Source of the DNA: Macrostomum hystrix
Lineage: Eukaryota > Animalia > Platyhelminthes
DNA: 64,000 nucleotides
Assembly: GCA_950097015.1 (NCBI GenBank)
Contig: CATNEN010000038.1
Span: forward strand, 32,984,001 to 33,048,000
Reading direction: 5' to 3'
Below, piece after piece: positions 49,101 to 59,161 of this stretch. The stretch's first letter is position 1. Every line of letters begins with the position of its first letter. Under the pieces are notes generated by a model, which had not been told where the DNA came from, did not search any database, and saw only the letters and a list, made by a program, of their open reading frames with translations. The translations under genes and the position numbers were made by a program.

Positions 49101-52100
49101 ATGATCACCTGTTAGACAACAATGATCACCTGTTAGACAACAATGATCACCTGATAGACAACAACGATCGTCCCTCACCTTCTAATCTGGACCTTCTCCA
49201 GCGAGTGCGCCATCCAATTGGCGAACACCCCGGATGCTGCCAGCACTTCGGCAGCGCTGATCATCCGCTCTCTGTTGGCCTTCACTGTTGATGGCAGGCC
49301 GCTCATCGCAGTCCCGAGGTCCAGACGCTGCTGAATAACTTGCTTACGCACCTGCTCGATGTCGGCTTCAACAACGCCGAGGATGGCGCCGTAACGCCAG
49401 CAGGAGGCGCGAGTTATCGGCTTCCTACAGGCGGGGCAGCACTTGCGAACAATCTGATTGCCCAGGTAGGGCTGCTTCATCCATTGGTCTAATCCGGTCA
49501 CCTGACGGGAAGAAGTTGTTAAAATTAACAATAGAATCACCGAGTGGGATTTCCCTCTTATTAATTACTTTTGCTGCACCCGAAAGGAGCAATGCAAGCA
49601 CAGGATACTCTGGAACACGGAAAAATTTTAGGTGCGCATCTTCTGAAACAAGAATCAAGTCGCCAGCCCTTCAGATTGGCGAGATATTCAGCGGTTTTGG
49701 CCGAAGATCCGTAGTTTTTTTATCCAATTTTTGAATCCAGTTATGAATTTACGAGTGTATTTTAAACAAAGCCTTGATTACAATTACAAACCTCGAACAC
49801 GTGTTTGCAGGTGAGCAACCTAATAAACTTCGCGTCCGGTTTGTCCTCTGTGCCAAAGAATATGTCGCCTGTGTAGCGGCCATCCTCGCACTTGCTGCAG
49901 ACAATGATGTGCGTTTCGCCGCAAAGTCCGATGCACTCAAGGCGACCGTTGCATTGCCGGCAGCCTTTTGATGGCGAGAAACTGCAACGCTCATTGCACG
50001 GCTGACGATCGCACGGCTCGTGACACCTGAGTTTGAGAAAGGTATTCATGGAATCCCGTTGGTTTTGTGAGCGTCGAATTCATATCGCGCGTGTGAACCT
50101 ATTGGCTTAACATACCCTGTTAAGAGTGTACATTTATGAAACTTTTCACGCGCCTACCCTAGAATGTACATGGGCGAATCTTTTGACCCGCCTACCCTAG
50201 AATGTACATCGGCGAATCTTTTAACCCGCCTACCCTAGAATGTACATGGGCGAATCTTTTGACCCGCCTACCCTAGAATGTAAATGGGCGAATCTTTTAA
50301 CCCGCCTACCCTAGAATGTACATCGGCGAATCTTTTGACCCGCCTACCCTAGAATGTAAATGGGCGAATCTTTTGACATGCCTACCCTAGAATGTACATG
50401 GGCGAATCTTTTAACCCACCTACCCTAGAATGTGCATGGGCGAATCTTTTGACCCGCCTACCTTATAATGTACATCGGCTAATTTATTAACCCACCTACC
50501 CAAGCATGTACATGTCGAATATTTTAACCCGCCTAAACGAGAGTGTGCATTCGTTATTAATCTTCAACGACCTACCCTAGAGTGTAAACTGGTGAATAAT
50601 TTTAAAGCGCCTAAAGTGGTAAGTGCACTACAGAAGAATTTCTAAATTGTTCAATTAATCACGTGGCATTCCAAATCCACGTCGAGCAATCACATCACTA
50701 ATCTGCATAAAAATGCTACATAACAGAGAGCCTTACAGACTCAAATTCATAGCTCACTTCTTTTTGCAAGCGCCGTGAATGCAGCGGTTGGCACAGGGCT
50801 CTTTGCACTGTACACAGGCCTCTCCGCAGAGCTTAGAGCAGCGGGTGTGACTGCAGGCGTTGATGCAGTCCAGCTCGCATGGCGGACAAATCTGGTGGCA
50901 CGTTCGGCTGCTGCAGACATGGCCGCAGATCAGTAGCCGCGTACAGGCCTGCCTACAGGGTACGTGCAAACGACCCTGCAAAAAAGAAATCCAAAGTGGC
51001 ATCGTAGATTCTCGGAATCTTGGATTCTGGACTTCTTGGAATCTTGGATTCTTGGAACCTTGGATTCTTGGAATCTTGAATTCTTGGAATCTTGGATTCT
51101 TGGATTCTGGACTTCTTGGAATCTTGGATTCTTAGATTTTTGGATTTTGGAATCTTGGATTCTTGGAATCTTGGATTCTTGGAATCTTGGATTCATGGAT
51201 TCATGGATTCTTGGAATCTTGGATTCTTGGAACGCAATAAAAGAATGCTCTCAGCGAACTATTACCTGATGGCACATTCCGCAGCGACCCTGGCATTTGT
51301 GACCACAGGCCAAGTTAGCGCCGCACGGTTGAGCACAATTTGAGTAGAGTGCCGTGGATTCGCAGCAGTCCATCTTGGCCATGTGCTGGCACGGCAGCCG
51401 GCGTTCTACCTGCACCCGGCACTGGTAGCTGTGCGACTCTCCGCACTTTTGGCCACAACGGTGGCCGCAGTCCAACTCAAATGAGCACGGATTCTGACAG
51501 ACAAAATCCTCAGCAGGGATGTGGCACTCCACCTTCAAGGCGCAAAATACTTGGGACATTGCCATTGGCTGCTTGATCTTTAGGGCAGAGGATCCTCGGA
51601 CTGTATGATCCTTTGGATCTACCTAGGATTCTTCGGATTTAGGATTATTGGGATCTGGGATTCCTTGGGATCTAGGATTCCTTGGGATCTAGGATTCCTT
51701 GGGATCTAGGATTCCTTGGGATCTAGGATTCCTTGGGATCTAGGACCACGGAATTACCGCGGAATCACCGCGGAATCACCGCAGAATGGCCATGGAATCA
51801 CCACGGAAAGGCCATGTAAATATCTATTTACGCCAGCGCGCATACAAAATGAACATTTTTTCTTTTCTTAATAGGTTGAACATAAGTTTATTTTAAGCTT
51901 CTGCTTAACCTTTCTTTAATCCGTTAGTAACTTTATGTCGTATTCCTCTAATCTGTCATGCAGTTTAAATATTACTAATAAATTTCGAATTTATTCGAGT
52001 TTTTCTGACTAATCCTTCGACCAGTTTTCCTTGCGAGACTAATAAGATCAAGATTAGCCCAGAACTCACCATCTGCTCGTGTCCGCACTTTGGTATTGTC

Positions 52101-55100
52101 TTCCTCTGCAGTACGGTGCACTTGCACGGCTGATGACAGAGCCGCTGGCACGGGTGGCCCTTCGGGCACTTCTTGGCGCAGGGCTGCTTGCACACCGTCT
52201 CGGTGTGCTCCTTGTCAGTCGGGTGGCAGGCCTTCCTGCAGGTGTGGCCGCACGGCATCTGCAGATTGCAAATCCGACGGCATCCACCTTCTGGACTCTT
52301 TTGAAAGTCGGACGGCTGACGAATCAGGAGGCCATTGTCTTCCGGATGATTTTGGCAGCTCAGCCGGATCGCATCTCCATAGCAATGGGGCTCGTTACTG
52401 ACCGTTTCAATCATTTTACGCCACAGGCGGCTTTTGTTAGCCAGTTGAGGAAAATTTCCGACAGCGTACAGGCCGATTTTGGCTCGGCTGAGGGCCACAC
52501 AGACGCGATTCTCGGCCTTCAGGAAGCCGATGTCGTTGTCTTCGTTGCTTCGCACCATGGATAAAATGATGATGTCGTTTTCCTCGCCCTTCATGCAATG
52601 GGGAAGTCAGATTTTAAGGCATATTTACTTTGCCATCGCCATATAATTTGGGCAACTCTGAACTTCTCTAAGACTTTTACCGCCACCACATTTAATGCTT
52701 TGATCTTATCCGCCATCAGATTTAGTCATTTTATCTAAGCCGCAACTCTATTGAAACCTTTAATCTGAGCCGCCACTTCATTCAAACCTTTGATCTGAGC
52801 CGCCACTTTATTCAAGCCATTGATCTGAGCCGGCACTTAATTTAAACATTTGATCTGAGCCGCCACTCATAATCAAACCTTTGATCTGAGCCGCCACTCA
52901 TAATCAAACCTTTGATCTGAGCCGCCACTCATAATCAAACCTTTGATCTGAGCCGCCACTCATAATCAAACCTTTGATCTGAGCCGCCACTCATAATCAA
53001 ACCTTTGATCTGAGCCGCCACTCATAATTAAACCTTTGATCTGAGCCGCCACTTCATTCAAACCTTTGATCTGAGCCGCCACTCATAATCAAACCTTTGA
53101 TCTGAGCCGCCACTTCATTCAAACCTTTGATCTGAGCAGCCACTTGAAATAAAACGTTTGATCTGAGCCGCGACTCCATTTAAATCATTCGATCCGAATG
53201 ATCATCCGATTCGCACGGTCAAATCGCAATCTCAATCTTAGACTCACCTGATAATTATCGCACACGCAGACTCGAACTCCGCGCACCAGCGGAAATCTGG
53301 GAATCAGCTTCTTAATGCTCAGCAACTGGCCGCTGTAGAGAGTGAGCACAGTGATCTGGCTCTGCTTATAGCCCTGCTTGACCAGGTGGCAGGCCAGGTT
53401 AATAACCATCTCGCTCTCGAACTGATTGCTTCTGCTGCGCATCTCTTCAACATAATCCTCCTGATGCTGGTGCTCCATGAAGAACAGGTTGCTGGACATG
53501 CCCAGCACATCCGGGTAGGTGTGCACGCTGACGTGATCCTGAAGGCCGGGATAGATGTGCAGCATCAGCTTGGAGATCTGCGGACGCATTCGATGCTGAT
53601 AGGCCAAGGTGTCGTAGTGCACCTGGTTGTTAACCAAACGCTCGAACATGGACACGTCCAGGTTGTAATTTTTGGCCAGTTCAAAGACTGCAGGATTTGG
53701 CTTTAGCTGCTTGTGATCGCCAATCAGCACCAGATGCTGGCAGCCTGGAGACAGCGACGCCAGGACGTGCGACTCCAACACCTCGGCGGCCTCTTCAACG
53801 ATGACAATCTTCGGCTCGATCTGACGCAAAACCCGGCGGTAGCGCGCCGCTCCTGTGGTTGTCATGGCAACCAGACAGCTGTTCTCGAACACCCGGCGAT
53901 CGCACTGATAGTTGGCCTCGGTTAGCAGGCCCCTAGCTCTGTTGTACTCATTTTTTAGCTTGGAAATCTTCTCTCGCTGCTGCTCAAGAAACAGCGATCG
54001 CCAATAACGATACAATCGCCATCGATCTTCTTCGTCCAGGCTCCACACGTCCTCGATGACGGCCGCCTCCGCCTCAGTCATGGTGTCCCTGCGGCCCAGC
54101 TGATGCTCGATGTGCCGTCGATGCCGGTGTCGATCGAACACCATACGGAAGCCGTCGGAGTCAACCAGGACGCAGTTGTCGATGTCGACAGCGTTCTCTC
54201 GTTCAAATCGCTCCCTAGAAAAAGTTTTTTTGCAATTAAATTAAATCCTAGTTAATCTGAGGTCCTACTTGAAGTAATTCGAATTCCCTCAGGGTAGACT
54301 ACTCTAATTCGATGACAACTCATTTTGTTATGTAACTAAAATTAGTTACAGGGGGTCGGTGGCAGAGTATTTGCCTCTCGCGTCGCACCAAGGTTCCTAA
54401 GCTCGATTCGCGTCGAGGCGCTGCTGCGGAGAGAAGGCTTGGTGGTTTGCCGTGCAATTTACGCCCTTGAGGGCCAACCTCCAAGGCAGTGAAAGTGTAC
54501 ACTGCCTGACGATGAGAAAGTCAGGGCAGATGAACACACCTGTGTGATTGTGTCGCTGCGTTCTGAGTGCGTGTGTGCTCAAGAGTCAGCGAAACGGACA
54601 GAATTGCCTCCTCGTTGGCCGCGGGTCTAGTGTCACTAAATAGATGTGCCATTGCCCACAGCCCTCCTGCAATTTTTTTTATTAGTATAGTGGTAGTTAC
54701 TATGGCAATGTTCTACCTCATGAGATGATCGCGCTCCGCCCGATCTGCCGGCTGATGCGGATCATCAAATCCGTGGGACGCGTCGCGAATTTCCAACTCA
54801 AACTCGCCCTCACCGCGCACATTGTCGTCGTCAATATCGCCAGATCGTTTGATGGCGGAGACAATGTCGTAAATCTCGTCGAAAACAGCATCTTCTAGCA
54901 GCTCGTTTGCATCGTCCTCGGCCGCTAGCGACTCTTCCAACGTCAGCTGGGCCTCTGGCTGCGCTGCCGAGCCGATGTTGAGAATCCACAAGTTAAAGTA
55001 CTCGCTTAGCTCATCCAGCTCCGAGGCCCGACGATGCTTCCAGGAGGCGGCTTCTAGCACAGAGTGTTGGACTTGCTCTGGAGCGTGCGCCGATATGCTG

Positions 55101-58100
55101 TCCCGGTGCAGCGGTGAGATCAGGCCGTAAATCAGGTGAAGCTTGAGCAGCCGCCGCCACGGCAGGTCCAGATCTACGCACATCCTTCTAAGCTCATCTT
55201 CGATTCTGTTCAACCGGGAGCGCAGTTCGTACACAGCAGCATCTGTATGGCGCTTCCTGTACAGCAGGCAGCCCTCGAGTTTGTCCGATTTGCACCTGCC
55301 GCCGACGCGAACAGCGTCTTCCGCTTTAACGAAGCTCAGGATGCCCTCCAGGAACTGGTCCAGCGCGTGATTGGTGTAGCACACCAGCAGGATTGGGCCG
55401 AAGTTGGGCCGCCGCCGCTGGATATTGTGTACCAGCATGTGCGCAATGCGAAGACCCAGGTGGGTTTTGCCTGTTGATGAGCAAATGATCAGGCATGATA
55501 TGAGGGCTACGCAAAACTATGGATTTATCAACCAATAGTTTTCTGAATCAAGCCTCGTTATCAAACAAAGCACGGTATCGCCAAAACTTTGGTATCAACA
55601 GATAAAAACTATAATAATAATAACTGCAGGAGGGCTGCGGGTAATGTCTCAGCACTAGACCCGCAGCCAGCGAGGAGGCCATGCTGCCGATTTCGCTGAC
55701 TTCTGATCACACACGCACTCAGATTCTGTAAGCAGGCACACACTCACACAGGGTGTGCACATCTGCCCTGACTTTCTCATCGTACTTCGTACACTCTCAC
55801 TGTGCTTTGGAGGTTGGCCCTCAAGGGCGTAAATTGCACGACAAGCCCCCAAGCCTTCTCTCCGCGGCTGCGCCCCAATGCAACTCGGCCTCGCCGCGGA
55901 ATCAAGCTTCGGCCTCGCGGCGCGAGAGGCAAACGCGTTAACCGCCCTGCCACCGAACCTCCGACCAAATCGACCAAACTTGGTATCGACCAAGCTTCGG
56001 AACCAGCGATGTTACCGAAACTTCAATCGGTATCGCACCAAGCTCGATCGGTATCAAACAAACCCTGATGGTTGTCGAGTATCGACCGATTCTTGGATCA
56101 GTAGCAAACACGGGGGTTTCACCTGTGCCTGGCGGTCCCTGGATCACAGCCAGCTCGTGACGCAGCGCAGTCATCAGCGCAGCGTACTGGCTCTCGTCAA
56201 GTCGCACGGCCTCCGCCGTTGGCCAGTTCTGGTCTTCCTGGATGCGAACACGACCCAGATTGTCGTGATGCTGTGTTTGGTCAGGCATTATGGGCCGAAA
56301 ATCGTAGGTAACTGTGGCGTTCTGTCGCAGGTATTCAGGTTGGCGCACCTGGCAAAACACAGGTGTTTCGTTTTTAAGATTAAGCACTCGCAATAGCAGT
56401 TGACAAACACTAACAAATGTTAGCGCACCTCATTAGATCATTAGAATCATTATAGATCTCTACTCTCAATCGTTCTATCTCTACTTTAATTGTTAGATCT
56501 TTACTCTTAATCGTTAGATCTCTACTCTCAATGGTTTGACATCTGCTCTCAATCGTTAGATCTCTACTCTCAATGGTTAGACATCTACTCTCAATCGTTA
56601 GATCTCTACTCTCAATCGCTAGATCCCAAATCTCAATGACTAAACCTCTAATCTGAATGGTTAGATGTCTACTCTAATCGTTAGATCTTTACTCTTAATT
56701 CTAAGGTCTGTAATTTCAATATTAAACGTATTAGTTTATAACTTAAATCAATCGAAATGGATGAATTAGCCCATTCACACCTGAGTTTGGCAGTCGACCA
56801 GGTAGCGCACGAAAGGCACCCTTGCCGGGTCCATGTCTTTCATGGTCTCTAACACGTGCTTGTAGCTCTCAAAGAAGGCCGTAGTCTCAATCATGACGAA
56901 CCGATTCGAGAGAGCAAGTTCCTCATCTGGCTGGTTGACCCAAACCACCTGCAAAATGCCGTTCTCCTCGAAGCGCTTAGATTTCCTGTCCTGCACCGTG
57001 GCAAAGTAGAGTGTCTGAAAGGCGTCGCAGGAAAAGCAGACCAGAGACCCGTAGATGAGTCGCTTGGAAACGGACCAATTGGTTCTGCGAAAACTAGGCG
57101 TTGACGTGTCCAACTGCACCGAGTAGCTGATGCCATCGTTGGAGCAGTAGAAGATGTTCAGCACCTGAACATCATTGTAGACTCGTATGTCGCCAATGCG
57201 CCGTCGGCCCATCGGGTCCTTGCGAAGCTCGCCGAGGCCCCGCCGGAGCGGCTCGACCATGTCCTCGCGCATTAGGCGGAACTGAGTGTCCAGGTAGACT
57301 TCAGCCGACGGGTAGCTGCCCTTGACACGGTTGACCTGGAGGAAGACGTGCTTGAAGTCTGTCGCCAGATCTTCGGGCGTCGGGATGATGGACAGCTCGC
57401 GAAAATCGTTTGGCGGCTGTTGAAATCGTTCAGCCCTTGCCGCAGCAGCTAGAGCCTCGGGACTGATCTGCATCGATAGCTGCTTGGCCCTGTGCAGATG
57501 CAGCTTGTCTAACAGTTCGTCCAGCTTATCGCCGACCAGACTCGGGCAGGTGACGGGGCTATTCCGTTTTAGATTGTCCTGCAGGACCAGAATCGGACCC
57601 TGCAGTTTATTATAAGCCTCCTGGGGCATCCGTTCGAAGCAGGTGTCAAAAATTTGAAGCAGAAATCCAATGGTCTGCCATTCCTGCTCGCTGCGGCTGA
57701 GCAGAATTGGAAGCTGAGTAATGTAGCGTCGGAGACTGTCCTCGAACAGCTTGCTGTGCATCAGCTGACTGAGCAGTTCTAGCTTCGATGCTGGCGAGAA
57801 CTCTTCTTCAACTGCTTTGGCTGACAGCATCACCACCGTGCTAAACTGGCTGGCTGATGAAATTTCACAATTAATCAAATTGCCGAATCCTGTTCGAATG
57901 TTGAGCAGCGTCAGAAGTAGATCGTTTGACGTAAGCTTGCCATTGTCGACTTCCAACTCCAAACGATCCAGCTCGTTCTGACGCATTGTGCGGCCCCTGT
58001 CCGTGTACAGGCCACCGCCACCACTGCCGCGAGCACCAGCACCGCGAGATCCGCCGGCGCCACCGCGGCCTCTGCCGCCGCGGCTGCCTCCTCCGCTGCC

Positions 58101-58412
58101 ACCAGCAGAGCTGTCTTCTCGACGATCGCCGTCAAAATAACCTCTGCCGCCGCGGCTGCCTCCTCCGCTGCCACCAGCAGAGCTGTCTTCTCGATGATCG
58201 CCGTCAAAATGACCTCTGCCACCGCGGACGCCTCCTCCGCTGCCACCAGCAAAGCTGTCTTCTCGACGATCGCCGTCAAAATGACAACCTCCACGTCTGA
58301 CCCCGCCGCGGCCGCCTCCGCCGCCCCCGCGAACGCCGCGACCGCCACGAGCTCCGTTGCCACCCCTTCCAGTGTCGTTGGAGGCTGCTCCCCTCGGCTG
58401 ACGATAGGACAT
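46189..58412 (-). CDS. ZNFX1: NFX1-type zinc finger-containing protein 1 (SF1 RNA helicase/E3 ligase); exons 58412-56781, 56348-56123, 55470-54717, 54214-53248, 52588-52070, 51532-51266, 50975-50758, 50026-49792, 49501-49179, 47399-47048, 46671-46189 (1991 aa)
   Basis: YLDTQFRLMRED, SKRLIYGSLVC, Walker A GPPGTGKT across intron 2, CYTNHALDQFLE, EEAAEVLE, IGDHKQL, DNYQGEENDII, NF-X1 zinc fingers, RING-like CKHVFE..CPACR and RZ finger GHWFKCPRGHVYAIGDCGGA. All ten introns are GT-AG and in frame; exons total 5976 nt. Confidence 0.95.
47420..49165. repeat. 20/21-nt minisatellite (GATCACCTGTTAGACAACTGT) in ZNFX1 intron 9
   Basis: About 85 copies filling the intron. Related degenerate ACCTGTTAGACA units occur in intron 10 (46770-46970). 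Confidence 0.96.
50140..50590. repeat. 38-nt minisatellite in ZNFX1 intron 7
   Basis: CGCCTACCCTAGAATGTACATGGGCGAATCTTTTRACC repeated. Confidence 0.9.
51005..51235. repeat. 8-nt (WTCTTGGA)n repeat in ZNFX1 intron 6
   Basis: Directly visible. Confidence 0.9.
51620..51745. repeat. 17-nt repeat (GGGATCTAGGATTCCTT) in ZNFX1 intron 5
   Basis: About 5 perfect copies plus a degenerate flank. Confidence 0.85.
52700..53175. repeat. 30/31-nt minisatellite (TTTGATCTGAGCCGCCACTCATAATCAAACC) in ZNFX1 intron 4
   Basis: Directly visible. Confidence 0.92.
54351..54680 (+). mobile_element. tRNA-derived SINE family B in ZNFX1 intron 3
   Basis: Head GGGGGTCGGTGGCAGAG...GCTCGATTC; body and 3' end GCCCACAGCCCTCCTGCA are shared with the other copies. 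Confidence 0.8.
55611..55962 (-). mobile_element. tRNA-derived SINE family B (most complete copy) in ZNFX1 intron 2
   Basis: Minus strand GGAGGTTCGGTGGCAGGGCGGTTAACGCG (A box) ... GCTTGATTCC (decayed B box), the family B body, 3' hairpin GGCTGCGGGT..ACCCGCAGCC and a (TTA)n tail. Confidence 0.82.
56450..56700. repeat. Degenerate ~21-nt repeat (AGATCTCTACTCTCAATCGTT) in ZNFX1 intron 1
   Basis: Directly visible; related units at ~58515-58555. Confidence 0.75.
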
Positions 58413-59161
58413 TGTTTCTAACGTTAGCTACCTGGATGTTTAGATAAATTTTAATAAATTCCTTTCCTTTTTTTCAATTGTGATTCGATCGCTATTGTCA
58501 ACTGATCTCATTGTGGATAGATCTACTCTCAATGGCTAGATCTACCCTTCAATTGATTCTGTAGGTCTATATACAAATAGCCAACACAATTAACGCAGAT
58601 AGAAATATTGCTACGTAGTAACTAGGCAAGCAATCTAGGGCTATGAGAAGAAAATCGCAGACTCAGTTACTAAAATTATTTATTCACTTTTACTTACTAT
58701 TAACCAAGTTTGATAGTTCCGTTTTCTCGAATCGATGAAATAATAAATAAGTAGTTTTATCAAAGTAGCGACTTTTGTTCCGTGTTGAAATTCATAAATT
58801 TTCTTTTTATGAAGCCTGGTTGGCCTCCACTTATAAGACTCCTAAAGCCTCTACAGGACAATATTTTTCTTGGAAAGAAATAGTAGTCTGGCCAGCGCGC
58901 ACAGTTGTAAATAATTATAGCCTGGGAAATGAACGACTTCTTTGGTACGCACGTCCAACTGTACATCCAAAATGTACACTGTCGAGGGGTGGGGGTTCCC
59001 GTACATCTGCTAGAGAAATTAGACCGGAGTTCTATTTTTAGAAACTGACTAACAGCAGTCTGTCTGCAATTAATGAAATGGCTAGTAGTACAGATTTGAA
59101 GTTTTCGTTTTTCGTTTTCGGATAGCGTAATTAACGAAACTAATCTTTGTGATCACAACCA

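Noticed and set aside
51532-52591. AAG acceptors in ZNFX1 as non-canonical splicing
   Set aside because: They are still GT-AG introns and restore the frame and conserved motifs.
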